A stretch of DNA of 64,000 nt from an uncultured virus (IMG/VR IMGVR_UViG_3300006922_000015) (IMGVR_UViG_3300006922_000015), one strand, 5' to 3'. Shown: positions 25,471 through 37,346, counted from the stretch's first letter. The notes: a model not told the origin generated them from the letters alone. Program-made: numbers and translations.

Positions 25471-27042
25471 ATGCCAGCACTTATTTCTGAACAGTTTAGA
25501 ATTCATAATGCCCAACAGTTTGAAGAAGCATTTTCCGAGGCAGCACCCACGAACATGTATTTCTTCATGGGCAGACCCCAAGACTGGGATACCACTGCTG
25601 TAGCTGGTGCGACTTCATATGTCGGTCAAGCTTCAGGTAGTCAGCACAGTGGATCTTATCTCGCAACTCCTGATGAGAACAATCCACCCACGCCTATCGA
25701 CAGTTTCAATTACGAGAAAGAAATTTTTGATGATATGATTTCTCTCAAGAGAATTCAATCGTCAGATGTCAGATTAGTTGTCAATAGACACAACTGGACA
25801 TCAGGAACGACATATTCAATGTATCGTTCTAACTACAGCGCAGACTTCAAGGCAAACTCTGCCGGTGAGAATGCACCACATATTTACTCAGCAAAATATT
25901 ATGTTGTAAGTGACTATAAGGTTTACAAGTGTATCTACAATGGATCATCACCTGCTAACCCTAATGGTATTGCTTCTACTGTTGCCCCTAGCGGAACTGG
26001 AACTACTATCTTCACAACTGCTGATACTTACAAGTGGAAGTTCCTTTACAGCATTGGAACCGATGATGTAATTAAATTCTACACAACCTCTTATGCACCC
26101 GTTCCCGCTAACTGGGGCGTCGGAACTGCTGGAGACCCCGCCAATGGCGTTGATGTTAAAGCAGCTGCTGTAGACGGTGCTATCGACACTGTGGTGATTA
26201 ACACAGGTGGTACAGGATATACTGATAATGCTTCGACTGGTTATACTAATGTTCCCATCCGTGGAGACTGGGCGCAGAACGGTGGCGTTCAAGCACTTGC
26301 GACAGTTAAAGTTAGTAGCGGTGCTGTAAGTGAAGTAACAATCACCACTCCCGGATCTGGTTATACTTATGGTTACATTAATGTAAACTCAACTGAAATC
26401 TCTGGTATCGGTGCTCCTGGAACAGAAGCAGTTTTAGAAGTTATCATTCCTCCTGCAGGCGGACATGGTTTCAACATCTACAAGGAGCTTGGCACTAAGC
26501 GTGTCATGATCAACTCCAGAGTTCAGTATGATGAGAATCTTGAGTTCCCCGTTGATACTGATTTCAGAAGAATTGGTGTTCTTCGCAATCCTGAAGAATC
26601 TGGTGGTGGCGTTGCTTCTGGTTCTACCTATAATGGTTTGACCGCTATTAAGTTCCCATCTGCAACAGTTGCTTCATTTAATATTGACGAAACTGTAACG
26701 CAAACTACAACTGGCGCTACTGGTAAAGTCGTCTCTTGGGATTCTGCTACTAAAATTCTTAAAGTTTATCAGAGCAGCTACGAGCACATTGTTACCGGTA
26801 ACCAGGGTGGAGATTTAACTCCTTTCTCTGGTTCAAATGCAATCACTGGAGCACTTTCATCATCTGTTGAAACTCCAGATACTACTTACAGTTTGACTAC
26901 TTCAAATCTAACTTTTGCTAATGGTTATTCAGCACCAGAAATTAAAAAATATACTGGTGACATCATTTATGTTGAGAACAGAAGAACTGTTTCTCGTTCT
27001 ATTGATCAAATTGAAGATGTCAAATTGGTCGTAGAATTCTAA
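25471..27042 (+). CDS. g8: Baseplate wedge subunit gp8
   Basis: MPALISEQFRI.NA, VYKC..NG, Y.WKFLY, PP.GGHG, GDIIYVENR...R..DQ.EDVKLVVEF. Confidence 0.93.
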   Translation: MPALISEQFRIHNAQQFEEAFSEAAPTNMYFFMGRPQDWDTTAVAGATSYVGQASGSQHSGSYLATPDENNPPTPIDSFNYEKEIFDDMISLKRIQSSDVRLVVNRHNWTSGTTYSMYRSNYSADFKANSAGENAPHIYSAKYYVVSDYKVYKCIYNGSSPANPNGIASTVAPSGTGTTIFTTADTYKWKFLYSIGTDDVIKFYTTSYAPVPANWGVGTAGDPANGVDVKAAAVDGAIDTVVINTGGTGYTDNASTGYTNVPIRGDWAQNGGVQALATVKVSSGAVSEVTITTPGSGYTYGYINVNSTEISGIGAPGTEAVLEVIIPPAGGHGFNIYKELGTKRVMINSRVQYDENLEFPVDTDFRRIGVLRNPEESGGGVASGSTYNGLTAIKFPSATVASFNIDETVTQTTTGATGKVVSWDSATKILKVYQSSYEHIVTGNQGGDLTPFSGSNAITGALSSSVETPDTTYSLTTSNLTFANGYSAPEIKKYTGDIIYVENRRTVSRSIDQIEDVKLVVEF

Positions 27043-27084
27043 TATATACCATATAAGATCAAAACAACATTCTAGTCTAGTAAT

Positions 27085-30000
27085 ATGCCCCAGAGTACTA
27101 ATCTAAACAAAGCTCCATACTTTGATGATTTTGATCCGAATAGTAACTTTTATAGAGTTCTTTTCAGACCTGGATACTCAATTCAATCTAGGGAGTTAAC
27201 AACTCTACAATCTATTCTACAAAATCAAGTCGAAAGTCTCGCTAAAGCAAACTTTAGACAGGGATCTGTTGTTGTTCCTGGGGAAGTTATTGTAGATAAG
27301 CAGTATAGTTATGTGAAGGTAAGTTCCTTCACAAATAACTTACAAATTACCGATTATATCGGTAAGAAAATGACGGGTAATATTTCTGGTGTAGTTGCTA
27401 CGGTATTAAATGCCACAGCTTCCACATCAACAGATTCTCCTACTTTGTTTGTTAAGTATGAAACTGGTGGTAATAGTAATACTGCAGTTACATTTAGTGA
27501 AGGTGAGACCATCACTTCTAATTCACCAGGAGCTCCTACAGCAATTGTTGGTATTACTGGAAATGTGAAACCTACTCAAAGTGCTGCCATGGGGTATGGC
27601 TCTGCTGTTTCAGTTAGAGAAGGTATCTATTTTATCAATGGATCTTTGGTAAAAAATGAGAATGCTACTATACTTTTAGACAAGTATGGTAATACTCCTA
27701 CTTATAAAGTAGGTTTTATTGTATCAGAGCAACTTATTACTCCAGAAGAGGACTTCTCTCTGCTTGATAACGCTCAAGGTTATTCTAACTATGCTGCTCC
27801 TGGCGCTCACAGACTTAAGTTATCTGTAACGTTAGTAACAAGACCTATTAACTTAGAAGCACAAAAAGATTTTGTAGAGTTACTTCAAGTAAGAAATGGA
27901 AATGTCGATGCTACTGTAGATCTTGTTTCTCCTAATGGTCTTATTGAAGATATTCTTGCTAGAAGAACATTTGACGAATCCGGTGATTATGTCGTCAAAG
28001 AGTTTCTATTAAACTTTAAAGAAAGTTTAGCAACTGCAGATAATAATGGTGTATACTCTGCATCTCAAGGTGGATCAGAAGGTAAATTTGTAGCAGTCAT
28101 TGAACCTGGAAAGGCATATGTAAAAGGATATGAAATTGAAACTACATCAGTAAGATATGTTGAAATTGATAAAGCAAGAACAACTGAAACCCAAGAAAAT
28201 AATTCACTGAGTCCTGGCGAAGGATCCAACTTCACAGTAACTAATCTTTTATCATTCCCTGATGTTGAAAGTAAGTCTTCGTCATTGACTGGTACTGGTT
28301 TACTTAGCACTAATGCTTATCAGGAACTTAAATTATATGATAAGTATACTGACGTTGTATTTGGAGAAACAACTGCTAATCTCGACGGCACTGCACCAGA
28401 AGCAGAAAATTTCTGGATGGTTACAGTCGAGACTTTATCTTCTGCAGATGTAGTTGCATTAAATAGCAACTGGAGTAATGGTGCTCTTTCTGGTCAAGTT
28501 AGATACTACCAATTAAGCAGCAATTTAACTGAGGTAGTTGCTATTCTTACTAAACCATCATCAGTTGGATTTAGTATTGGTGAAAATATCACCATGGGTG
28601 CTGTTTCTGGAACATTGAAAACAGCAGAAAGACTTACGACACCTTATATTGGTATTGGTAAAACTAAATCCATTAAATTTCTAACCGGAACTGCCACAAA
28701 TGGAGTTTATGATAAATCATGCCTTCATAAACTTGGTTTGTTTGGAGTAGAATACTTTACTAAAATTTTATGCCAAAATCCACTAAATTTCTCGGTAGGT
28801 AAATTTATTACCGGACAGACAAGCGGTGCTAGAGGTATTGTAGAGCAATTACTCACTGATACAAATGAATTAATTTTATCCAGAGTTTCCGGTAGTTTTG
28901 CTGATGGGGAAACTTTACTTTCAGAGCAAGATGGAACTACAACACCATATAATTTTGTAGAACCAAAAGGTTCTTTAGCGTCACTTAAAATGATATCTTT
29001 TGGCGCGACATATGCCGCCAATACAGACATCACTGCAATCAATGTTAATGGTGTAAATAGACTTACTGAAATTGGATCTTCAAATGTCACTATTTTAAAT
29101 AATGAAATTAGATCTATTGTGATCACAGATGCTGCAAGAGCAGCAATGGGAACATTTACGACTGCTCCCACTATAGAAATTGTTGACCCAACTGGATCTG
29201 GATGTGTTGTTTCTGCAGATTTGAATGATAGTACTATCGTAAATTATGATTCATCTTTTGTAAAGAGTTTCTTTAATGCTACGACAGGAAATAATTTTGC
29301 AGGTGATATTTACAGTAATGATCTTTCATATTATATCGACAATGGAGCTACATTTAGCGCCAATCCAGGAAACTATTTCATTACTGCAGATAACCTTGGT
29401 TCCAGACCAGATGTAGATCTAGTAAAAGGAGATGTTATTGCTGTTGTTGATAATTCTGGTGTTACCAGAAAATACTTAGTAAAATATTCAGTACCTGATG
29501 GTACTGGAGGTGCTGCCAAAATCTTTATCTATGGTGCTGTTCTTTCAGGTTTTGCAACTAAGAAAATTTCTAGAATTCGTTCAAAACTTTTTGGTGCCGA
29601 ATCCAATACTTTACTATATCCACTACCAAATAAGCATGTGAAAACAATGGTGTTGGATCCCGATAACACCAATATTGATTATACCGTACAGCAAGAATTC
29701 TTAGGAAATCTCGATAATAGTGGTTCTATCAGTATCAGCGTAGGAACGAACGAACAGTTCCTTGGATACACATCAGAAAATTATATAATGTCAAACCCAA
29801 ATACAGGTGAATTACTTGATCTCGGTAATAGTGATCCCAATAGTCCTAAAGTATCTTTGGGTAATAGTGCTCAGAGTATCACACTTGATCTTGGTGCCAC
29901 ATTTGCTGACATTCCGTTTAAGTTAATTGCTCCTGTAAGAAAGGCAGATACTTCTCCGAAGACTAAAATTCTTGTAGAAAATCAAGAATACAATGTATCT

Positions 30001-33000
30001 ACAGGATTTTCCGATCCATCAATTCCAATTGAGTATGCTGATGGATTAAAATTAAAAGCAGTTTACATGTCTGCTACTGCTGCAGATGCTACTAATAATG
30101 ACGTTGAGGTTACTGATCGTTTTGATTTTGACGGCGGTCAAAGAGATACACACTACGATCTTGCTCGCATTACATTAAAACCAGGAGCAATTGCACCTAC
30201 TAGTAAACTTCTTGTAGTATTTGATTACTTTAAGCATATTGGTGGTGTTAACACTGGTGATTACTTTACGGTAGACTCATATACTAATATTACTTATAGT
30301 GATATTCCATATTATAATTCAAGTGTTTATGGAAAGATCTCACTTAGAGATACAGTTGACTTTAGACCCAGAGTTTCTGACTATGATGGTCTAGACACAG
30401 CTACGGTTCTTCCTGGATATAGTGATAAAGTAACTGTAAATGCTCTTAAGTTTACTGGAACCGGATCTTCACCATCCACACTTCCTATTGCAGGAACATC
30501 TTTCGATTCTGGATATGAATTCTATCTGAATAGAATTGATGCTGTTTACATTAGTAAGAGTGGTGGTTTTGTTGTTTCAAAAGGAACTCCAGCATTAAAC
30601 CCACAGACACCTCAAGAAATTTCTGATGGTATTCTTTTATATCACTTAAACATCCCTGCTTATACCTACAGTCTTTCTGACATCACTTCTAAGAGTTTCG
30701 ATAACCGTCGTTACACGATGCGTGATATCGGTAAACTTGAGAAGAGAGTTGAGAAACTTGAATACTATACAGTATTAAGTCTTCTGGAGCAGGATACATT
30801 CAATACCCAAGTCAGAGATGAGTTTGGTAATGATAGATTTAAGAATGGTATTCTTGTAGATAACTTTGAAGGTCATGGAATTGGTAATACAGCATCAACA
30901 GATTATAAATGTGCTGTTGACACTCAGTTAGGAATTTTAAGACCTAGTTATGCTGCCTCTCAAACAAGTCTTATCGAAAAAGATTTAAATGACGCTCAAA
31001 GAGCTGCTAGTGGTTATGTAAGAAAAGGTGAGCTTATCATGCTACCTTATACTGAGATAACAACAGTAGAAAATTTAGCTGCCACTAAAACTATTACAGT
31101 CAACCCAAATAAATCAGCAAAGTTTACTGGGGTGATGACATTAGAACCTAATATCGATGAGTGGAAAGATACTTATACAGCACCTGAATTAATTGTAAAT
31201 GAGAACTCAGTTTTTGATAATATCAAAAATAACAATCCTGAGTTGTGGGGAAGTCTTTGGAATGAATGGCAGATCTCATGGACTGGAACTCCAACATATG
31301 CTCTGAATAACTCTACTAACTTTACTGGTTCTTCCAACCAATTTGCTGCTGTACCTGATGTTGCTATCGCTAGTAAGACTAGAACGAGATCCAGAAATGG
31401 TACATTAAATAGAGTTTCACCTTATGGATCTGCTGCATTAGACAGAGGTCAAAGATCTTTAGCAACTCCTTATAATCCTTATATCAGAACTAAGAAAGTT
31501 GAATTTGTTGTTAGTGGTTTAGAACCAAATACTAAGTTGTATGCTTTCTTCGATGGCATCTCAGTTTCTTCATGGGTAAATCCAGATGATGTAACTAATA
31601 TCACAACACCATTTACTGGTATTGCTGGATATGCTGAAAAAGGTTTTGGTGAAGATATTGTTACTGATGATAATGGAAGCATCAGTGGTATTTTCTTAAT
31701 TCCTAATGGATATGCTCCAATCAAAAGTAAGAAAACAATTGATCTACAAACTTCTCCTGGAACATTTTATGATGTTGCAAGTTCCAAGAAATCGTTTGTT
31801 GTTGGCAGCAAATCATTTAGATTAACATCGAGTGGTACGAATAGTGGTTCTAATGCAGATGTTTCTACTTTTGCAGAAGCATCATATAATGTAACTGGAT
31901 TGCCAGAAACATTTACAACTTCTATCCAATCTACTAGAGTTCCTTATATCAGCAGAAGATCAACTTCAAATTCTGATACGGTTCAGTATGTTGGTAGTTC
32001 CTTAGTTAATATCAACCAGTCTGGATTATTAGATCCTCTCGCTCAAACATTCCGAGTTTCTGGTTTTGAGGAGGGAGTATTCCTTTCTAGTATTGATCTT
32101 TACTTTGCAAATAAAGCAACTCCAACTGAAGAAGATACTAATAGACCTGTAAGTGTATATTTAACCGAAACTAATGGTGGTGTCCCTACAAGAACAGTTT
32201 TACCTTTTAGTGAATGTACTCTGGATTCTGATACTAGACTTAGAATTAAGATTAGTGATGATGTACCTCAAGGTATTACACTCCTTGCTGGGGAAACAAT
32301 CACTGGAAAAACTTCTGGTGCTGTAGGAACAATTAAAACTAATTTAACTGTCACAACAGCAAACGCTAGATATAACTTAATTCTTTCAAACCATAATGGA
32401 ATTGAATTCCTTGCCGGTGAAGAATTTACGGTCAACAGATCTCCTGCAATCATATCTACTGTATTCAATGTAGATGATGATTCTGGTATTGTTGAAAAAA
32501 TTAAAGTTACTAGCTTTGGTTCTCAATACGAAGATTCGACTACAACAGTTAATATTACTGGCGACATTGGTGGTTCATTTGGTTCTTCTGCTACTGCATC
32601 AGCTAAAATTTATAATGGTAAAGTATATGATGTCAATCTATCAAACAAAGGATCCGGTTATTATACCGCACCAACAGTAATTATTTCTGGTGGTGATAAT
32701 TTAGCATCTGCTACAGCGGTATTTAAAGTGACAAATCCAGCTGTTAGAATGGGTATTTCTACTTCAACTGATGCTTCAAATAAAACTAAGTTTAATTTTA
32801 AGTCACCTATTTATTTACGGAATGATGCAACATATGCTGTAGTCGTAACTACATCATCTAAAGATTATACTTTATACAGTTCTGTAGTAGGAGATGCACT
32901 TTTGAATAGTGTTATTGCTGCTGCCACTCAACCAAATGTAGGATCGCTATATAAGTCACAGAATTCTTCAGCGTGGGTCGAAGATAAATTACAAGACCTC

Positions 33001-34659
33001 AAGTTTGTTGCTAACAGATGTGTATTTAATACTGCAGGAACAGCAAATATTGAATTAGTGAATGATGATTTAGATGTCGTAGAACTTCCTGCAAATGCTA
33101 TTTCTGTTGATGAAACTTTAGGAACCTCAGCACTATTTGGTTCAAACCAAAAAATTCTTCGTGTCAATCAACCCAATCATGGCATGAAAGAAGGTGATCT
33201 TGTTGTACTCGATAATGTTGTTGGTGCTGGTGCCGAAAATGGTATTTTTGGAGTTCCTGTATCATTAATCAATGGTTTGCATTCAGTTAGTAATGTTGGT
33301 ATCGATGAGTATTGCATTTTTATTGATACTACTCTTTGGAATGCTGCTAATGTTGCTATGTCTGGAAGTGGTTCTGGAGGTGGAAATGCAATGACAGCAA
33401 CCACCAATAAGTTATATCAAATCGTTTCTCCCCAAGTTGCTCTTCTAAGTTTCCCATCATCAACAGTTTCTCAGAATATCAAAACTGTTTATGGCAAACC
33501 AGTTGATTCAAATACAACTAATGAATATAAAATTTCTCCTACCTACTTCATTACTTCTAATGACAATTATTATTTTGAAGAAAGTAGAGTAATTGCCTCG
33601 GCAGTCAATGAAGTATACAGAGGGCAATCATCTTTAATGAATGGAGAAAGATCTGTAACTCAAACTATTTCACTTCAAACATCAAGAGATAATATCTCGC
33701 CTGTACTTGATGCGAACAGATGTAATTTAATTACTGTTTCTTCCCGAATGGATAATCCAACTGGTAATGAAGATAGGTTTGGTACTGTCTCTCAAACTTT
33801 GAATGTAGATGTAAGTTCAGACTATACAGTATCAACTGTTAGTCCTGATGTAGTTTCTACAGGAGTGTTCACTTATTCTAGTCCGGGTGGTGGTGATTTT
33901 ATCAATACTATTGATACTTCTACTAGATTAATACAGGGTGGTGCGTCAGCTCAAATTGTTGATGTTGATTTATCAAATAGTACATTAAAATTGATTGATA
34001 TTACAGGAACTTTTGTCGCAGGTAATCCTGTTACTCAAAGTGCAGTCACAGCAACATTAGATACTACCATACTCAAATCTGGTATTGTTATTGGTTGGGA
34101 TTCTGGAACTGGATCGCTGAAAGTTAAAGTTACTACTGAGGATTTATTCGCAGCTGGTGACATTATTGATGATAGTAACACAGGAACATCTCCACAAACG
34201 AGTAGACTTATTAATTCAATCACGGGATCTAATGGTTTCTTATATGTTGATGAAAGTTCGTTTAATAGTTCTTCATCTTCTAAGTATCTCACTAAAGAGG
34301 TAACATTAGAAACTCCAGGAACATCTCTTGATTGTAAGATTACTGCAAATATGTTTGATAATAAAAATATCAAAGTCTTCTACAAAGTAAGACCTGATGG
34401 CAGTTCTGACGATTTCAAGAATATCTCATGGGAAGCCTTCAATGGCACAGGATACTCAGACAATACAGATATTGTAATTCCAAGTAATCTTAAATCTTTC
34501 TCTCAATCGGTAGAAGATTTAGGTTCATATCTGGAATATGCTTATAGCGTAAATGATCTGAAACCATTCTCATCATTCGCAATTAAAATTGTGTTTGTCG
34601 GAAATGATCCATCACTTGCTCCAAGAATTGAAGACATTCGTGCCATCGCTCACTCCTAA
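27085..34659 (+). CDS. Large virion structural protein (DUF4815/VrlC-like)
   Basis: MPQSTNLN.APYFDDF, Q.RELTTLQSILQNQ, APGAHRLK, LARRTFDESG.Y, RRYTMRDIGKLEKR, DPLAQTF; 2524 aa. Confidence 0.88.
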   Translation: MPQSTNLNKAPYFDDFDPNSNFYRVLFRPGYSIQSRELTTLQSILQNQVESLAKANFRQGSVVVPGEVIVDKQYSYVKVSSFTNNLQITDYIGKKMTGNISGVVATVLNATASTSTDSPTLFVKYETGGNSNTAVTFSEGETITSNSPGAPTAIVGITGNVKPTQSAAMGYGSAVSVREGIYFINGSLVKNENATILLDKYGNTPTYKVGFIVSEQLITPEEDFSLLDNAQGYSNYAAPGAHRLKLSVTLVTRPINLEAQKDFVELLQVRNGNVDATVDLVSPNGLIEDILARRTFDESGDYVVKEFLLNFKESLATADNNGVYSASQGGSEGKFVAVIEPGKAYVKGYEIETTSVRYVEIDKARTTETQENNSLSPGEGSNFTVTNLLSFPDVESKSSSLTGTGLLSTNAYQELKLYDKYTDVVFGETTANLDGTAPEAENFWMVTVETLSSADVVALNSNWSNGALSGQVRYYQLSSNLTEVVAILTKPSSVGFSIGENITMGAVSGTLKTAERLTTPYIGIGKTKSIKFLTGTATNGVYDKSCLHKLGLFGVEYFTKILCQNPLNFSVGKFITGQTSGARGIVEQLLTDTNELILSRVSGSFADGETLLSEQDGTTTPYNFVEPKGSLASLKMISFGATYAANTDITAINVNGVNRLTEIGSSNVTILNNEIRSIVITDAARAAMGTFTTAPTIEIVDPTGSGCVVSADLNDSTIVNYDSSFVKSFFNATTGNNFAGDIYSNDLSYYIDNGATFSANPGNYFITADNLGSRPDVDLVKGDVIAVVDNSGVTRKYLVKYSVPDGTGGAAKIFIYGAVLSGFATKKISRIRSKLFGAESNTLLYPLPNKHVKTMVLDPDNTNIDYTVQQEFLGNLDNSGSISISVGTNEQFLGYTSENYIMSNPNTGELLDLGNSDPNSPKVSLGNSAQSITLDLGATFADIPFKLIAPVRKADTSPKTKILVENQEYNVSTGFSDPSIPIEYADGLKLKAVYMSATAADATNNDVEVTDRFDFDGGQRDTHYDLARITLKPGAIAPTSKLLVVFDYFKHIGGVNTGDYFTVDSYTNITYSDIPYYNSSVYGKISLRDTVDFRPRVSDYDGLDTATVLPGYSDKVTVNALKFTGTGSSPSTLPIAGTSFDSGYEFYLNRIDAVYISKSGGFVVSKGTPALNPQTPQEISDGILLYHLNIPAYTYSLSDITSKSFDNRRYTMRDIGKLEKRVEKLEYYTVLSLLEQDTFNTQVRDEFGNDRFKNGILVDNFEGHGIGNTASTDYKCAVDTQLGILRPSYAASQTSLIEKDLNDAQRAASGYVRKGELIMLPYTEITTVENLAATKTITVNPNKSAKFTGVMTLEPNIDEWKDTYTAPELIVNENSVFDNIKNNNPELWGSLWNEWQISWTGTPTYALNNSTNFTGSSNQFAAVPDVAIASKTRTRSRNGTLNRVSPYGSAALDRGQRSLATPYNPYIRTKKVEFVVSGLEPNTKLYAFFDGISVSSWVNPDDVTNITTPFTGIAGYAEKGFGEDIVTDDNGSISGIFLIPNGYAPIKSKKTIDLQTSPGTFYDVASSKKSFVVGSKSFRLTSSGTNSGSNADVSTFAEASYNVTGLPETFTTSIQSTRVPYISRRSTSNSDTVQYVGSSLVNINQSGLLDPLAQTFRVSGFEEGVFLSSIDLYFANKATPTEEDTNRPVSVYLTETNGGVPTRTVLPFSECTLDSDTRLRIKISDDVPQGITLLAGETITGKTSGAVGTIKTNLTVTTANARYNLILSNHNGIEFLAGEEFTVNRSPAIISTVFNVDDDSGIVEKIKVTSFGSQYEDSTTTVNITGDIGGSFGSSATASAKIYNGKVYDVNLSNKGSGYYTAPTVIISGGDNLASATAVFKVTNPAVRMGISTSTDASNKTKFNFKSPIYLRNDATYAVVVTTSSKDYTLYSSVVGDALLNSVIAAATQPNVGSLYKSQNSSAWVEDKLQDLKFVANRCVFNTAGTANIELVNDDLDVVELPANAISVDETLGTSALFGSNQKILRVNQPNHGMKEGDLVVLDNVVGAGAENGIFGVPVSLINGLHSVSNVGIDEYCIFIDTTLWNAANVAMSGSGSGGGNAMTATTNKLYQIVSPQVALLSFPSSTVSQNIKTVYGKPVDSNTTNEYKISPTYFITSNDNYYFEESRVIASAVNEVYRGQSSLMNGERSVTQTISLQTSRDNISPVLDANRCNLITVSSRMDNPTGNEDRFGTVSQTLNVDVSSDYTVSTVSPDVVSTGVFTYSSPGGGDFINTIDTSTRLIQGGASAQIVDVDLSNSTLKLIDITGTFVAGNPVTQSAVTATLDTTILKSGIVIGWDSGTGSLKVKVTTEDLFAAGDIIDDSNTGTSPQTSRLINSITGSNGFLYVDESSFNSSSSSKYLTKEVTLETPGTSLDCKITANMFDNKNIKVFYKVRPDGSSDDFKNISWEAFNGTGYSDNTDIVIPSNLKSFSQSVEDLGSYLEYAYSVNDLKPFSSFAIKIVFVGNDPSLAPRIEDIRAIAHS

Positions 34660-34862
34660 TGAATAAGATCAAAGTAGAAGGTCACAGCAACTTATATCGT
34701 GATGCACAAAGTGGTGCTGTGATCAATTCCAATCGTTCGGAATATGAAAAATATATGATAGCCAAACAAAATAGAACTGGCATGAGAAACGAGATAAATA
34801 CTTTGAAGCAAGAACTTGATGAAATCAAGCAGTTACTAAAGAAACTTACAAATGGCAATTAG
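34659..34862 (+). CDS. Conserved small coiled-coil protein
   Basis: KVEGH..L.RD..SGAVIN motif plus a heptad-repeat C-terminus; contains late-promoter-like GATAAATA at 34793. Confidence 0.8.
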   Translation: MNKIKVEGHSNLYRDAQSGAVINSNRSEYEKYMIAKQNRTGMRNEINTLKQELDEIKQLLKKLTNGN

Positions 34863-37086
34863 AGAAGTATTAGTTAGTTTTACATTCGAGCAACAGCGTC
34901 AGATGCTTAATCTGATCGGCGCTGATGTGGGAGATGCAAGTTTATTACTAACACCGACAAATGTTGTAGTTACTGCAATCAATGAGATCATCACTGGTGA
35001 TGTTGATTTATCAAACCAAACTATTGGGATGGATGATGGCACACTAGCATCACCAAGTTTATTCTGGGATGCAGGTCAAGGATTTTATAAGGTAGATGCT
35101 AATAAATTAGGATTAACTACCAGTCTTGCCGTTACTGGTAACTTAGAAGTAGACGGAGATATTACATTTAGAGCTGGTTCTGGAACTGGAGGAACATTAA
35201 CATTCGGTGATCTTGATACTGATAATATTGTAATTAACGCAGATATTCAATCAAGTATCGTTCCTGATAGCACAGCGAATTATAATTTAGGTAGTCTTAA
35301 CAAGCAATGGAATAACTTATGGATTGATGGAACTGCTTCTATTGATACATTAGAAGTAGATTTAAATAGTACACTTACTGGAAATCTTGCAGTAAATTCA
35401 GGTATTATTAAGGTTGATCCTAGTACTGTAACGACAGCAACTATTTTCAATGATTATATTACTACTGCACAAGTCCTTATGGACGCCACTAGTATTACAC
35501 TAGGTAGTGATTCGGTTGGTACTCTTCTTATAAGAAATGGTACTATTAATACACCACAATCTACTATTAATGTTTTCAATACCACAGCAACAACAGTCAA
35601 TGCTTTTAGTGCTGCATCTAATGTAACAACTGGTCTCAGTACTTTTGGAAGCACTGGAGTAAACAGTAACTTTAATATTAGATCTGATGATACCATCCTA
35701 GATGGTGATTTAAATGTCAATGGTGGTGAAATTCTTTCATCAGAAAATACTTTTGATTTACTGATTAATAATAATGATGTTAGGATTGGTGCTAGTAACG
35801 GTGTTGGTGAAACCATAATTAATAATTCACTGAAGGTTACTGAGAATGTAAATCTTGCAAACTCAGGAACAAACATTACTATTAAAGATAATACAGCAAA
35901 CTCTCTTGCTATCAAAGAGGGTGCTAATACTTACATTACCTTTCAGACGACTGATTCATCTGAAAGAGTTATTGTTTATAAAGATCTTTATGTTGTAGGC
36001 AACCTTGATATCTCTGGTACATCAACAGTCATTGATACAACTACTTTAACAGTAGAAGATAAGAATATTGAACTTGGAACTAGCGGATCACCTTCCGATG
36101 CCGCAGCAGATGGTGGCGGAATTACATTGAAGGGAGATACTGATAAGACTATTACTTATAATAATACCAGTGGATTCTGGGAAACTAATATTGGTTTGAA
36201 AGTTACTGGTAATATAGAATCCACTGGTGAAGTTACAGTTGGCGATGACTCAACTAATACTTACACAAAACTCTATGATGGCACAGGCGGTGTACGCATT
36301 TTCCGAGCTGCTAGTAATAGTGAAGGATTGGGACTTTACGATCCTTCTGGCGCAAAAATTTCGTTGGCGATGGACGGCAGCGGCACGTTTGCTGGTACTC
36401 TTACATCCAATGGCATAACTCAATACACTCTGCCAACAATTGGAAATGGTGGACAACTTGGATATGATGATGGCACGAAGAGTTTAAGATTATATGCAAA
36501 CTCTTCTACTAATGCAGACGCTAAAATACAATTTCACTTTAATCAAAGTGGAACTGCCAGTATGACTTTTGACCAGGGTGGCGCTATGGAGTTTCCTGGT
36601 CAAACAGATACTGCTGCTACTGGTGCCACTACATCTGGCACGGGACTTGCCCATTACGAAGAAGGAACTTGGACTCCAGACTTCTTGGGATTATCATCTG
36701 CCTTTACTAGTTATTATAATAAAAAAGGAACGTATGTAAGAATTGGTAGTATGTGTCACATTCACGGATTTATTCAGTTAAATGGCACTCCAGCATTTAC
36801 TGCCCCTAATGATCTACTGAGGTTAGGTCCACTACCATTTAATTATAGTAATCAAAACGGTGGGTATCTTGTTACTGTTGGTGGTGTGGCGTGTCAAAAT
36901 TTCAATTTCCATGATAATGATTATAGCAATACTGGTCAAGTATCTTGTGGTATTAGTAATGATTCTGGTACGAGTTATGTTGTATTCCAAGTATGTGGAA
37001 ATAATAATGTTAGAGGAGTAGTACAAAATTCTGCCATTGGTTCAACCAATTGTATTATAGAATTTGAGTTGTCATACAGAGTCTGA
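34852..37086 (+). CDS. Tail fibre/short-fibre-like structural protein
   Basis: TFEQQRQ..N.I N-terminus, beta-rich repeats, TLTVEDKNIELG...ADGGGITLKG.TDK, C-terminal YEEGTWTP...Y.RIG..CHI module. Confidence 0.75.
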   Translation: MAIREVLVSFTFEQQRQMLNLIGADVGDASLLLTPTNVVVTAINEIITGDVDLSNQTIGMDDGTLASPSLFWDAGQGFYKVDANKLGLTTSLAVTGNLEVDGDITFRAGSGTGGTLTFGDLDTDNIVINADIQSSIVPDSTANYNLGSLNKQWNNLWIDGTASIDTLEVDLNSTLTGNLAVNSGIIKVDPSTVTTATIFNDYITTAQVLMDATSITLGSDSVGTLLIRNGTINTPQSTINVFNTTATTVNAFSAASNVTTGLSTFGSTGVNSNFNIRSDDTILDGDLNVNGGEILSSENTFDLLINNNDVRIGASNGVGETIINNSLKVTENVNLANSGTNITIKDNTANSLAIKEGANTYITFQTTDSSERVIVYKDLYVVGNLDISGTSTVIDTTTLTVEDKNIELGTSGSPSDAAADGGGITLKGDTDKTITYNNTSGFWETNIGLKVTGNIESTGEVTVGDDSTNTYTKLYDGTGGVRIFRAASNSEGLGLYDPSGAKISLAMDGSGTFAGTLTSNGITQYTLPTIGNGGQLGYDDGTKSLRLYANSSTNADAKIQFHFNQSGTASMTFDQGGAMEFPGQTDTAATGATTSGTGLAHYEEGTWTPDFLGLSSAFTSYYNKKGTYVRIGSMCHIHGFIQLNGTPAFTAPNDLLRLGPLPFNYSNQNGGYLVTVGGVACQNFNFHDNDYSNTGQVSCGISNDSGTSYVVFQVCGNNNVRGVVQNSAIGSTNCIIEFELSYRV

Positions 37087-37115
37087 TTGACAGACTAAAT
37101 AAATTGTAGTATAAT
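37087..37115 (+). promoter_or_regulatory. Consensus sigma70-type promoter inside the late region
   Basis: TTGACA (37087), 17 bp, TATAAT (37110-37115). Confidence 0.85.
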
Positions 37116-37138
37116 AACAACTGAAACTGAGGAACCAC

Positions 37139-37336
37139 ATGGAAGCAGCAACACTGCGTGAAAATTTCACACAACAATTCAATAGTGCCATCGAAGAGAT
37201 CAAAAATCTCCAAGCACAAGTCGAAGCAAAGAAAGAACATGCTTTAAAACTCAAAGGTGCTCTTGAAGCAATCGATCTGATGGAACCACCCGAGGAAACT
37301 GTAGAACCAGAAGTAGTAACTCCAGAAGTAGACTAA
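37139..37336 (+). CDS. Small acidic coiled-coil protein
   Basis: 65 aa; GAGGA Shine-Dalgarno; heptad pattern ending LKGALEA. Confidence 0.8.
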   Translation: MEAATLRENFTQQFNSAIEEIKNLQAQVEAKKEHALKLKGALEAIDLMEPPEETVEPEVVTPEVD

Positions 37337-37346
37337 TATAAATACT